Below, piece by piece: positions 1 to 11,268 of a stretch of 64,000 nucleotides of DNA. The first letter of the stretch is position 1, and each line of letters begins with the position of its first letter. The notes under the pieces were generated by a model. It was not told the origin of the DNA. It did no database searches and was given only the letters and a program-made list of their open reading frames with translations. Made by a program: the position numbers and the translations under genes. Location: IMG/VR virus record IMGVR_UViG_2061766007_000765; one strand, 5' to 3'. Origin of the DNA: an uncultured virus (IMG/VR IMGVR_UViG_2061766007_000765) (taxonomy: Duplodnaviria; Heunggongvirae; Uroviricota; Caudoviricetes).

Positions 1-340
1 CAGGAATGCCTTCCCACTCTATTGCATCTACTGTTAAAAAGAAGTCGCCTAATGTGTTTTCTACTATATTTATATCAATATCAGGCATTGTGTTAATTGG
101 ATCAGAAGATACCCAGTCAAAAGACGGCAGCTCATTTTCTAGAATACAATAAGTTAACCTGTTTATTGCATCTACAGCTTGTTGTTTAAATTTTTTAGTG
201 TTCCTATAGTGACTATAAATGTAAGCTATAATATGCCCGTGAACTTCGGAAGCTTTAGCTTTGAATACTCTAGGTATTGCATATTTATCGGGAATATCAA
301 CTACTCGTATTCGATTAGTTTTAGAATATATTTTGGCCAT
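1..340 (-). CDS. hypothetical protein (runs off window edge)
   Basis: Hand-translated open frame MAKIYSKTNRIRVVDIPDKY... from ATG at 340 with GAGG RBS; not in ORF track because its stop is outside the window. Confidence 0.7.
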   Translation of the reverse strand, partial: MAKIYSKTNRIRVVDIPDKYAIPRVFKAKASEVHGHIIAYIYSHYRNTKKFKQQAVDAINRLTYCILENELPSFDWVSSDPINTMPDIDINIVENTLGDFFLTVDAIEWEGIP

Positions 341-348
341 GATTAACC

Positions 349-1296
349 TCACTTTTCAAACCGAGACATATCAAAATTAGACGAAAGTATGAATTTAGAC
401 GATTTATCTATAATTGATTGTATAGTCAATTCATCTTCAGTTAGCTGCAAATTTGTGCAAACAAGATCACGGACTGTATGCATATCTTCAATATAAAACG
501 ATTCGTCATAAAGTTTAGGCTTGATGATAGCTTCAATAAGGGCAGCTTCAATTGTATAATNNNNNNNNNNNNNNCTTCACTCGCTTGCGGAGGTAGCGGA
601 AAAGGTTGAGGCGACACTTTAGTACGTATACCATCTATCCAGCTATTTACATCTCGAATATAAATGTCTAGTTTGCTGTTATGTATAGCTTTACCTGCAG
701 ATAATATCATGCAATCAATCCATTTGTGAATATTTTCAGATTTAAAATAAAAGCTATTATCTCTATATATTGGGTTGAATCGATATTGATACCAGCTATT
801 AAAGAGATGGCACACCTGGCCAATTTGCAGTATGCCTGAATCAATTCCTACTGTTTCAGCAAGGCCTTGAAACTTTATACTAAAGGTTTTAACGATAGAC
901 TTGGGACTATAGCTTGTGCCGATAGGCTGATCTTCTGAATTAGTAAGCATGCAATCAATAGAGCATTCGTTTAGATCGGAATTAGNNNNNNNNNNNNNNN
1001 NNNCCTAGAGAAGAAGTAACATTATGATTAACGAATGTCGACTCAATGCTTCCGCTACAGTTGTTAGAATCAGAAATAGTATGATTTATTGCATCTAATT
1101 TAGTAANNNNNNNNNNAATAGTTGCATAAGATGCAGTATCAGCAACGGCATACTCTGCATCACTAATGCTGCTCATTGGATGCGTATTTGTATCTAACAC
1201 AGGGTCAACTAATTGAAAAAAAGCTTTAGCTTCGTTCTCTTTAGTTAATGTATTAAGAATTTCAATGCAATTCACAAGTTTACGCTTTACAGCCAT
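349..1296 (-). CDS. hypothetical protein (split by N gaps)
   Basis: ORFs 982-1296 and 441-950 are separated only by gaps; TGA at 349-351 abuts the next gene. Confidence 0.5.
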
Positions 1297-2624
1297 AAGG
1301 CGATGACGTGTAGGNNNNNNNNNNNNNGCTTGTCTAATTGAGTGTAAAGTCGTTCAGCTCGCTGTTCTAACAATTCTACATCTAAGCGAGGTTCTGTCTT
1401 TTTTAATTCTTCCATATGCTATCTTCTCCTTCCATAAAAAAAATAGCGCTTTCAACAAACATTGTAAAAGTGTCACCATTTACATCTTGAAGTTGCCAAG
1501 TTAGAATAGAAGTTAGAGTTGCTAGCAGCTGTTCNNNNNNNNNNNNNNNNNNNNNNNNNNNNNNNNNNNNNNNNNNNNNNAGACAATGGGTTCAATCGGT
1601 TTCTTGAAAGCGCTGTAACCTCGAAAGGTGTACAAGCATATTATACGATCAATGCCATTACTAATTCACGGTTCATGCTTGCTCCAATTCTGCTTTTGTA
1701 GGTTCTTAGTTGTTGCTACTGAATGTGCGCTTCAAACCAGGCAGCACAACCTGTGCAAACTCTGCCGTGATCAAATCAGATCCAATAGGATGTGTGTTGC
1801 TGAGAATGAGCTTCTAGCGCTCTGCTTGCTGAAAATTGACTTCATTCATTGTTCAACTTCAACTCTCGATGTAAAACTGGTGACAATATCCAGTATAAGA
1901 TATCTCACTTCAAAAATCAAGCCCTAATTTTAAGAAATTTATAGNNNNNNNNNNNNNNNNNNNNNNNNNNNNNNNATATTCTGTATACTTACAAGATAAC
2001 ATTCTGATGAAAATCTTCCAGAAATAAACTAATCACAGCACAGCGATTTCTGCAGCAGATTTGCACTAAACTTTCTAGAAAGCTGAGCTGAAATTGCAAA
2101 GACGTTCTGCGGTGGATCTATTTTCTAGAAGAATGCGATGTGTGCGCACATGTGTGAGCGAAGCGACGATCTAGACGAGACTGTGATCTGCGAACTGAAA
2201 ACTCCCGAACGGGTTCTGAAGGGCAGGTCTGATCACAGATACATCTATGAACCTCTTTGTCGATATCTTAAGAACAATTTAGGGGGAGGAGGCAAATAAA
2301 ATCTTATTTGAATGATTTCTTTAATCTTGTGTAGTTATATTTAATATAGACGACTTGAGGGCTATGTTGATAAATTGTGTTAAAATTAGAGGTCAATTGA
2401 TTCATTTGCCATGTATTGAGTTAATACCTTCGCTATGTGTATCAAATTATATCAAGAATTAATAGTAGTAATATTACCCTAANNNNNNNNNNTTAGCTTC
2501 AGAAAGCTGCATTTTAGATAGATACAGCTTAAAATTTATCAATTAACTGCTAACTTAATATAGATTGTTATACTATTCTTGCTACAAGTTGCACATCTCT
2601 TTCAGTCTACAATTTGAATTACAC

Positions 2625-2653
2625 TTGACTTTTCTTCTAGAAGTTATTAATAT
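2625..2653 (+). promoter_or_regulatory. putative sigmaA-type promoter of the sigma-factor gene
   Basis: TTGACT-17 bp-TAATAT; spacer contains TTCTAGAA, as in the early promoters at 42569 and 44749. Confidence 0.55.
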
Positions 2654-2733
2654 AAAAATGAAGGGGTTACCAGTTAACAGCTTTTAGACAAGAGAAGGGA
2701 GAGCTCATATGAGTTTGCAGGTGTTACAATTAA

Positions 2734-3501
2734 ATGACTACTTGGAATGATTGGGGTTACATTGATAAGAAGTATCCGTCTAAGTTAGATAAAGATAGTA
2801 TGACCCAGGCGGAATACAGGAAGCAGAGGACTATCGAANNNNNNNNNNNNNNNNNNNNNNNNNNNNNNNNACTTTCACAGACATCAGAGACGCAGTGATT
2901 GAAATGAACTATACATTTTTTGGATATATTGCGTCTAATAAGTTTGTTAATAACAACTATATCAGTTATGAAGATAAGTTTCAATCTGCTTTATCTCATT
3001 TCTGCGAAATGTGGTTCAAATACAGATTTATTACCACTAAATATCGTACAAATGTTGCGTTTGGTGTATTCTTTAAGCCTAGGATAACCGAATGCATGGA
3101 AAGAGAATTTGATGAAGTTAAGTATTCTTTAAGACGTACCTTATGCATGGAAGTAGGTGATCAAATAGGCAAACATTGGGCTAAAGTTACATATGATGAT
3201 TTGTCTGACCCTAGGGTCAAGCTTAGTGCAGATAAGATGGCTTCATTAAAAGCTTCATTTGGTTCGANNNNNNNNNNNNNNNNNNNNNNNNNNNNNNNNN
3301 NNNNNNNNNNNNNNNNNNNNNNNNNNNNNNNNNNNNNNNNNNNNNNNNNNNNNNNNNNNNNNNNNNNNNNNNNNNNNNNNNNNNNNNNNNGTATCATTAT
3401 CCGATATGTTAGGGGTTCCAGTTGAAAAACTTGAAGGATTGATGGATGGAGCTAAAACAAAATTATACAAAACTTTAGTAGATCGCATAGAGTTGCATAG
3501 C
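2734..3501 (+). CDS. phage-encoded RNA polymerase sigma factor (sigma-70 family, divergent)
   Basis: RDAVIEMNYTFFGYIASNKF...YEDKFQSALSHFCEMWFKY...FGVFFKPRI resembles region 2 (R..LI..NLRLV..IA....EDL.Q.G..GL..A..KF....F.TYA..I); C-terminal LSDMLGVPVEKL resembles a region-4 HTH; start MTTWNDWG at 2734; stop lies in a gap. Confidence 0.75.
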
Positions 3502-3690
3502 NNNNNNNNNNNNNNNNNNNNNNNNNNNNNNNNNNNNNNNNNNNNNNNNNNNNNNNNNNNNNNNNNNNNNNNNNNNNNNNNNNNNNNNNNNNNNNNNNNN
3601 NNNNNNNNNNNNNNNNNNNNNNNNNNNNNNNNNNNNNNNNNNNNNNNNNNNNNNNNNNNNNNNNNNNNATTATATATTAATCAACTAAAA

Positions 3691-4473
3691 CTAGTTGATT
3701 GCATTAGGCGAAACACCTTTTCTATCACCGGTCAGTTTGCTATATAAAAATTTATTGCGTAAATATTTCCAGACAAAATGACCTTTTGAAGGAGCTGTTA
3801 TAAACTTCCTCCAGAGATTAACATATACATCATAGTATTTATATACGTCTCCTGGTCCTCCGTTTTTACCTTTAAACTGAACATATATATCACCTATAGC
3901 AGGGTTGTCATTATGAGGTTCAACACCATATGCCCATACGTTAGAGGATTTAACTCGAATTAAATCATTTACTACTTCTTTAGCACTTCTGTGTTTCTTT
4001 CCTTTAGCAGCTAATATTTGGTCTAAAGGTTTAATAGAATGTTTACTGCTGGCTATTTTAGTTTTATTGATTTTGTCTAATTCGAGTAAGAGCGCTTCAA
4101 CATCTTTAAATGTCTTGCTTTGCTTCCCTTCTTGATAAAGCGTAACAATAACGTTATCGCTGTCCTTGTTGTAAGCCAATAGTAGCTTTGCAGTAGGATT
4201 TATGATCCATTCTTTATCGGATACTGCTCGATCAACATACATCTCATAAATGTATTCCAGGTCTAAAACAGATATTGGAAGTATGGTTTCTGTAGCGCTG
4301 TTGCAATCATGCTTATTTAAGAAGTTTTCAGCCGATTTGACGGTTTTAAATCCTTGCCCCCATTCAGTTACCTTACCTGAACAAAAAATGGAAAATCGAC
4401 CGTCTCGACACCTTCTCAATGAAAATTTAGTATTGCTTATATACTTAGATGATGTTACCTGTATGAATCGCAT
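3691..4473 (-). CDS. KTSC-domain protein
   Basis: C-terminal VKSSNVWAYG...IYVQFKG..G..YKYYDV...W.KF..APSKGHFVW is the KTSC pattern. Confidence 0.8.
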   Translation of the reverse strand: MRFIQVTSSKYISNTKFSLRRCRDGRFSIFCSGKVTEWGQGFKTVKSAENFLNKHDCNSATETILPISVLDLEYIYEMYVDRAVSDKEWIINPTAKLLLAYNKDSDNVIVTLYQEGKQSKTFKDVEALLLELDKINKTKIASSKHSIKPLDQILAAKGKKHRSAKEVVNDLIRVKSSNVWAYGVEPHNDNPAIGDIYVQFKGKNGGPGDVYKYYDVYVNLWRKFITAPSKGHFVWKYLRNKFLYSKLTGDRKGVSPNAIN

Positions 4474-4481
4474 TTATCCTC

Positions 4482-4856
4482 CTAGTAAACAAAATCAAAT
4501 TCAGCATATTCTTTTTGAATAGCATGATTGAGCTTAGTTAAGATCTTTTTACGAGCAAGCTCGAAATCAGTAAGCTCAAAATCAGATAAAATTACTTGCC
4601 CTATTGTTTTTTCAAATTCTGTATCTTCTGTAATGTTTACTCTCAGCTTATTATCATATGAAGTAATATTTATAATAAAATGCATCTCATCAAGAGAATC
4701 AGGAATATTTGGAATCTGGTAGTACATTCGCATTGTTACTATGCATTCCATTGGCTTAAATTCTATCTTGAACGCTCCATCAATGTTTTTATTAAGATAT
4801 TTTCCTAACCTGTTTACTAAATTTCCTTTGTTACTGCTAGCATATATCTGAAGCAT
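4482..4856 (-). CDS. hypothetical protein (N-terminal IYASS motif)
   Basis: 124-aa ORF tightly coupled to its neighbours. Confidence 0.7.
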   Translation of the reverse strand: MLQIYASSNKGNLVNRLGKYLNKNIDGAFKIEFKPMECIVTMRMYYQIPNIPDSLDEMHFIINITSYDNKLRVNITEDTEFEKTIGQVILSDFELTDFELARKKILTKLNHAIQKEYAEFDFVY

Positions 4857-4858
4857 CT

Positions 4859-5813
4859 TTAGTCCTCTCCTCTATCTGAGATTATTGCCTTCTCTCCTAA
4901 GAAGTGTAGTGTCTGGTTCATAGAAGTTACAACTGTTTCGAGAGCCTCTACTCGATTTAGCAAATCAGCTACATCTGTATTTACTAGATAAAGCACATCA
5001 TTAGTAACTGTGAATAAAATGGGGCACGCCCATGGAAACTTAAGTGGACCTAAGAAATCGCCATTTTCAGGGCTAGTTAACCAATCTTGAGCAGGAAAAC
5101 CTGTTTCACCTTTTAAAATAGGATTGTACACAAATCCATGAAGAATTATATTGAAATCAGCTGTTGTAGGCTCTGAGAAATATAATCTAACAAAAGGTGA
5201 TTGACTGAAATTAGGATTGAGTGCTTTTGCAGTACCATTAGCTTGAGGAACTAATACAGCTTGATCTTGCTGAGTAGTTACTCCNNNNNNNNNNNNNNNN
5301 NNNNNNNNNNNNNNNNNNNNNNNNNNNNNNNNNNNNNNNNTTTTCTATAATTAGCGAACTGAGTCCTATATTGATCTATTTGTCCGCTGTAATCAGGTTT
5401 AGGGGGAACATCTACTCTATCTTGCATAGGATGTGCGGGTACTCCTGGCATTCCAGGTGTTCTAGGATAGGTTAACCCTTCTTGCCCACCTGCTAAGTTT
5501 GAAATTAATGGCCCATAGTCGATCACCTTTACTGCCCATAAGCTCCTCTCACTTCCTTCTTGTTCAGGATTCTGTGCAAACTGGCAATCTCCTTGAAATG
5601 CACTTGCATATATTATTGTAGCACCTGCGAGTTGAGATCCGGGAGGCAGTAAATAATCATGAATACCTTTTGTTGTCNNNNNNNNNNNNNNNNNNNNNNN
5701 NNNNNNNNNNNNNNNNNNNNNNNNNNNNNNNNNNNNNNNNNNNNNNGTTGCCTAACATATAATTCATATGCGCTTAAACCTACAACGCGACCTTCATTGT
5801 ATATCTGCTTCAA
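4859..5813 (-). CDS. putative virion/tail-fibre-associated protein (split by gaps)
   Basis: Begins MKQIYNEGRVVGLSAYE (GxSAYE motif is common in tail-fibre proteins); ends ILKGETGFP...coiled coil; internal frames uncertain. Confidence 0.45.
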
Positions 5814-5825
5814 CTTTTATTCCTC

Positions 5826-6419
5826 CTAGCTGTTGCTATGCGTATCTACTATAGCATGATTATTAAGATAGTCAACTAATGTCCCTAAATTGCTGACTGC
5901 CGACCCTAAACTTGAAATCTGAGTATACAGCTCATCTAATCTATTTGTGTGCGTAGTTAATGTACTGTCTACTGTAGCCATGTGCTGCTCTATAGGACTT
6001 ATCCTATTTAGTATAGATTGCTGCACATCATATATTGTTCCTGAAGTAACAAAGTTGCTGCTTCCTTGCGTAGGCTGTGAATCGATAGCAATCGAACTAA
6101 CAACAGTGCTAGTAGTCTGCCCGCTAAAATCTGTTATTGTTATTGTTGCAGTTCCATCACCATTATCATGGATAGATGCTGTAGGCTCTGTAATAGACGC
6201 ATTAGTTTCTCCGTTGATGTCTTGAATGTGTATATCAACTAAATGGTTGTGTTTGGTTACTTCAGCCGATACTGTAATAGCTTGCTGGAGATCTCCTACA
6301 GTTGATTTAAATGTTCCTTTACCGATACCGGGACGTTCTATTATCACATAACTTTCAGGATCTATACTAGATGTGTCGGGTAGGTCTGCAATTCTGACTT
6401 TATTCATTGCATCTGCCAT
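5826..6419 (-). CDS. putative tail-fibre-like structural protein
   Basis: MADAMNKVRIADLP N-terminus, IDSQPTQGSSNFVTSGTIY repeat typical of fibres, C-terminal coiled coil. Confidence 0.55.
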   Translation of the reverse strand: MADAMNKVRIADLPDTSSIDPESYVIIERPGIGKGTFKSTVGDLQQAITVSAEVTKHNHLVDIHIQDINGETNASITEPTASIHDNGDGTATITITDFSGQTTSTVVSSIAIDSQPTQGSSNFVTSGTIYDVQQSILNRISPIEQHMATVDSTLTTHTNRLDELYTQISSLGSAVSNLGTLVDYLNNHAIVDTHSNS

Positions 6420-6483
6420 ATTATTTCTCCTTAGATTGCAGAAAACTGTTGTGTTATGGCCAATATACAAGGTCCTACAATCA

Positions 6484-6521
6484 AAAAGGACAGACCCAGA
6501 TTTTCTGAGTATGCCCTTTTG
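6484..6521 (-). terminator. rho-independent terminator
   Basis: AAAAAGGACAGAC-CCAGA...TCTGAG-TATGCCCTTTTT imperfect hairpin flanked by A/T runs. Confidence 0.55.
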
Positions 6522-6550
6522 ACTGAGTATATGAAATATAGAGGGGAAAC

Positions 6551-6721
6551 CTAGTTAGTACCTAACCACTCTTTTAAAAGCTGAGTTGCACCTTTTTGCA
6601 GGATGAATTCCTCAAGGTCTGCTTTCTTGTATCCATCTAATTTTGATTTAGTTATAGCAGTGCCATCTGCTTCTGTGAATGTTTCAATAATAAAAGTAAT
6701 AAGTTGTGCTTTTGTAGCCAA
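6551..6721 (-). CDS. small hypothetical protein (56 aa)
   Basis: Hand-translated MATKAQLITFIIETF...WLGTN* with GGAGG RBS. Confidence 0.7.
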   Translation of the reverse strand: MATKAQLITFIIETFTEADGTAITKSKLDGYKKADLEEFILQKGATQLLKEWLGTN

Positions 6722-6733
6722 TTCCGTATCCTC

Positions 6734-6913
6734 CTAAAAGCATGCATTCTTGTACTCTAACGCCAGCTCAGCTATTTTTTGTCCATACTTAGATCTAAGC
6801 TTAGCAAGCTCTTCTGAGTACTTTGAACGCACTATTGTAAGATCTTTTTCAATCTCTTCCTTGTTTCTTGTAGACTTATTTAAGGTTCTGCGAATAAACA
6901 ATTCTTTGATCAT
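6734..6913 (-). CDS. small hypothetical protein (59 aa)
   Basis: Hand-translated MIKELFIRRTLNK...NACF* with AGGAGG RBS. Confidence 0.7.
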   Translation of the reverse strand: MIKELFIRRTLNKSTRNKEEIEKDLTIVRSKYSEELAKLRSKYGQKIAELALEYKNACF

Positions 6914-6935
6914 TAGAACCTCCTTTCAAAAAATG

Positions 6936-8722
6936 TTAGACTGATTTAGTAATCCCCTCATCTANNNNNNNNNNNTGAGTATTATTTATAGTTTTAAGCG
7001 CGTTGAACAGATATGATGCATTGTCAGAATCTAGATGATCTAAGATATCATCTATTAATATAGTTCTAATCATGCTATTTGATCTGTTAAGTATACAAAC
7101 GATTAGCGCTAATGTAAATAAGCAACGCTCTCCTGATGATAAGTAATCAAACTCAATGTACTTATGATCACGCTCAAGACCAAAACTGAACGAATTAGCT
7201 TTTGAAATAAGATTAAATCTAGCTGTAATAGGTTTATTGAACATCTGTGATAAGTAGGAAGACATATCAGATGCAAGTTCCTGGAAAGGTGCGTCCATCA
7301 ATCGCGTTTGCAGACCATTTGCATCTGTTAGTTTAGCCCATTCTTTATATATCTCAAGTTCATTCTCTAACTTGAATTTGTCTGCAGTAACTTGTTCATT
7401 CAGCTCGTCATATTTTTTATTGGCCGCAACTTGAATAAGTTGATTGTTAAGTTCTGACAACTTTGCATCAATTTCCTCAATTGTCATTTCAGTAGGTTTT
7501 TCTCCAACTACAGCATTCTCAAGCTGAAGGTTCATAGCGATTAGCTTATCGTATTGTGATTGAATTGTTCCAAGCTCTGCTGTTAACTGCATTATCTGCT
7601 GTCTATTTGCTTGCATAAATGCAGGATTATAATCTTTCAATTCCTCTTTCTTAAACTGAATCTGGCTTTCAATGTCCGCAACTTCTTTAGCATATTTATC
7701 AACTAAACTTTGTGCAGTAGGGCAAGCCGTTCCAGTATACGGGCAATTAGATCCTGTTTTTGGAATCATTGCTTTTTGCTGCTCAAGATCTCTAATCTGC
7801 CTAACTANNNNNNNNNNNNNNNNNNNNNNNNNNNNNNNNNNNNNNNNNTCATTTTTCTTAGTCAAGTCCTCTATCTTTGTTTTTATACCTGACACTCTGG
7901 CATCATTATCATATATATCAGCAGGTAACTGAGCTTTCAGACTGTCTACTGATATCTTAGCCTTTTGATAAATTGCTAACTCAGTATTATATTTCATTAG
8001 CTGGCTCTTCAACAAATTAAGCCCTCTTATGCTATCATTTGCAGAATCAACATCACAGTCAATTGCATCATCATATCTAACTAAGGACTGGATAGTTCCT
8101 TGCAGTTTAGCNNNNNNNNNNGGTCTTCTTTAAACTTCTCATTAAGCTTGCGTACAAGCTCTAATCCTGTTAATCCAGAACTATTACACCAATTTACTGT
8201 TTCTTCAATAAGTTCTGAATTAAAAATTGCTCTGCCTCCGATAGCATTTGACAGTTCTGCCTTGATATCTAAGCTATCTGCACACGAAGGTAGAAATGTA
8301 ATAAACCAATCTTTGAGTTTATTTGCAGTCATTGATTTAAATTCGTTGAAATCAAACACAGGCAAATCTACATTACCTAAAAGATCTTTCAATTCACCTT
8401 CATACCCTTCTACCTCTACCTTTGCTTGAACAGATGAACCTAACTTTGCCCATGTTCGAATTACTTTGATAGAATCATCAATGTATAACTCAATGCACAT
8501 TACAGGGCTGGAAGCATGTTTCATTATGCCATCATTGGTTTTAGAATATCCTGGAATGTATCCTAATAATCCAAGCTGAATTGCTTCCAGGATTGTTGAT
8601 TTACCGGCACCGTTTTCGCCAACAAAATAAGTAACTGCATCATTTAATTCGTACGTTTTGTCCTGGACTTTATGCATGCCCATTATTCTTACCTTAGTAA
8701 TTTTCAATCCACTTTCCTCCAT
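6936..8722 (-). CDS. SbcC/Rad50-like (T4 gp46-like) SMC-family ATPase
   Basis: Walker A GENGAGKST, long coiled coil, central CPYTGTACP, signature LSSGE, Walker B ILIDDILDHLD; two track ORFs joined across a gap. Confidence 0.9.
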
Positions 8723-9039
8723 TTCCGCCGTTTTCCATCTAATGTTAATTCGTAAACATAAGTACCAAATACAAAATCGGGAAGCAATGCTCCTTTTAAT
8801 CTATAACGATGTACAAATGACACTACATCCATTTTGTCGACATCTTGACGCTTGAACCTATTAGGAAATACATATATGATAGGGTTCATTCGAACACCAT
8901 GTTCGTCAATTATAACGGTGTACGGAATTTTTCTGCAATCTTCTCTAGCAGACAATCTAGCAGAAATAGATTTCAATAGAGTCTCTGTTTGCTTTCCAAT
9001 AGGTTCATTTAGGTTAGTTATGTTTTGTTGTTGCTGCAT
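8704..9039 (-). CDS. hypothetical protein
   Basis: 111-aa ORF with AGGAGG RBS. Confidence 0.7.
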   Translation of the reverse strand: MQQQQNITNLNEPIGKQTETLLKSISARLSAREDCRKIPYTVIIDEHGVRMNPIIYVFPNRFKRQDVDKMDVVSFVHRYRLKGALLPDFVFGTYVYELTLDGKRRKWRKVD

Positions 9040-9048
9040 GTTAGCCTC

Positions 9049-11033
9049 CTAATTAGTTCCTGTACTGCCGAATCCGCCTTCTCCTCGTTCAGTATCATAA
9101 CTTAATTTCGTAAATTCATATAAATAATTATATGAATCTTCTCCTTTCTTTTTATATTCTAGAGAATTCTATATTGTTTCACTAAATTTAGTCAATTTCA
9201 GTGAAATTTTAAACCTTATATGTAGATAGAACTTAAAATAAATAGGAAAGGAGGAAACCGAATGATAAAAGCGTGGAGATGTAATCTCAAGGGCTTAACA
9301 CGAATTGAATACAAAATTCTTACTGACATGTGTCATGCAAGCAAGAATGTTTACAATTGTTCTATCTACAATATTCGTCAGTATTATATCCAGCAACAAG
9401 AACATTTGCGATATGAAGCAAACTACTATCTCATGAAGGATACTGACACTTATAATTATCTAGGTAATGTATCACAGCAAACTATGAAAGCTGCCGACAA
9501 TACATTCAAAGNNNNNNNNNNNNNNNNNNNNNNNNNNNNNNNNNCAAGGTAAGCTTAGCCGTCGGCCCGGATTACCGAGATATCTTAAAAAGGATTCGCT
9601 ATTCAAGCTCGAATTTAATAGCCCCAGAGACCAACAAAAACATTTGTCTGCAGGATTTTATATCTTGCCTATGTCAAGATACTTAAACGATAAATATAAT
9701 GGAGCTAAAATTTCTATTCAAGTTCCTGCTTACATCAGAGATAAACGTATTCGTCAAATACATATTGTNNNNNNNNNNNNNNNNNNNNNNNNNNNNNNNN
9801 NNNNNNNNNNNNNNNNNNNNNNNNNNNNNNNNNNNNNNNNNNNNNNNNNNNNNNNNNNNNNNNNNNNNNNNNNNNNNNNNNNNNNNNNNNNNNNNNNNNN
9901 NNNNNNNNNNNNNNNNNNNNNNNNNNNNNNNNNNNNNNNNNNNNNNNNNNNNNNNNNNNNNNNNNNNNNNNNNNNNNNNNNNNNNNNNNNNNNNNNNNNN
10001 NNNNNNNNNNNNNNNNNNNNNNNNNNNNNNNNNNNNNNNNNNNNNNNNNNNNNNNNNNNNNNNNNNNNNNNNNNNNNNNNNNNNNNNNNNNNNNNNNNNN
10101 NNNNNNNNNNNNNNNNNNNNNNNNNNNNNNNNNNNNNNNNNNNNNNNNNNNNNNNNNNNNNNNNNNNNNNNNNNNNNNNNNNNNNNNNNNNNNNNNNNNN
10201 NNNNNNNNNNNNNNNNNNNNNNNNNNNNNNNNNNNNNNNNNNNNNNNNNNNNNNNNNNNNNNNNNNNNNNNNNNNNNNNNNNNNNNNNNNNNNNNNNNNN
10301 NNNNNNNNNNNNNNNNNNNNNNNNNNNNNNNNNNNNNNNNNNNNNNNNNNNNNNNNNNNNNNNNNNNNNNNNNNNNNNNNNNNNNNNNNNNNNNNNNNNN
10401 NNNNNNNNNNNNNNNNNNNNNNNNNNNNNNNNNNNNNNNNNNNNNNNNNNNNNNNNNNNNNNNNNNNNNNNNNNNNNNNNNNNNNNNNNNNNNNNNNNNN
10501 NNNNNNNNNNNNNNNNNNNNNNNNNNNNNNNNNNNNNNNNNNNNNNNNNNNNNNNNNNNNNNNNNNNNNNNNNNNNNNNNNNNNNNNNNNNNNNNNNNNN
10601 NNNNNNNNNNNNNNNNNNNNNNNNNNNNNNNNNNNNNNNNNNNNNNNNNNNNNNNNNNNNNNNNNNNNNNNNNNNATGTCTACAAATTGCTGAACAACAA
10701 GCTGAGCTATTCTATCGCCAGCTTTAATCTCTCTTGGTTCAACAGAATCATTGTGTAATGCAACTATCACAGGCCCTCTGTAGTCGCTATCAACCACTCC
10801 TACACAATTAGCAGGGNNNNNNNNNNNNNNNNNNNNNNNNNNNNNNNNNNNNNNNNAATCGCTCCAAAATATCCTTCAGGTAAAGCAATAGCAACTCCTG
10901 TATCGATCTTAGCGGTATCGTGAGGAGCAATTATTTCATCTTGTGTTGAATACAAGTCCCATCCTGCAGCGTACTTACTTCCTCTAGTAGGCAGCTTGCT
11001 TACTTCACTTAGCTTCTTTACTTTCAATTGCAT
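9049..11033 (-). CDS. dut: dUTPase, interrupted near its C-terminus by a TnpB element
   Basis: [26 protein letters not shown] and GDRIAQLV at 10676-11033; motif [16 protein letters not shown] stranded at 9049-9098. Confidence 0.9.
9099..10675 (+). mobile_element. IS200/IS605-family (IS1341-like, tnpB-only) element
   Basis: Sits between the two dut parts; subterminal hairpin ATTCATATA/TATATGAAT (9114-9137); TCAT at 9095-9098 is a possible target-adjacent motif; right end is hidden in the gap. Confidence 0.7.
9262..10675 (+). CDS. tnpB: TnpB RNA-guided endonuclease (C-terminal RuvC part inside N gap)
   Basis: [23 protein letters not shown]...[13 protein letters not shown]...PRYLKKD...IRQIHIV is typical of Firmicute TnpB N-termini. 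Confidence 0.8.
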
Positions 11034-11268
11034 CTTTTACTAACTCCTTCAAAATTGTTAATTCATTGTGCCAATACAGTTCTGGATTCTTAGCTTTTAG
11101 CTCCTCTATTGCAAAATCGATTGCTGAAAGTGAATTAGCTGAGGGGGCGTATTTGCAATCTGCACAATCTTTACTGCAAGCATTTCTCAGCTTAATACAT
11201 TCTTTTTCTTTCAGCATTGCAACAAACAAATCAATGCTTTTTGGATTTTGAAAAGACATATCTTCCAT
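11005..11268 (-). CDS. small Cys-rich hypothetical protein
   Basis: CSKDCADCKY motif; overlaps the dut start. Confidence 0.6.
   Translation of the reverse strand: MEDMSFQNPKSIDLFVAMLKEKECIKLRNACSKDCADCKYAPSANSLSAIDFAIEELKAKNPELYWHNELTILKELVKDAIESKEAK

Noticed and set aside
1519..1927. Plus-strand ORFs 1519-1701 and 1628-1927 as genes
   Set aside because: No RBS, alternative starts, atypical composition; region is better explained as non-coding
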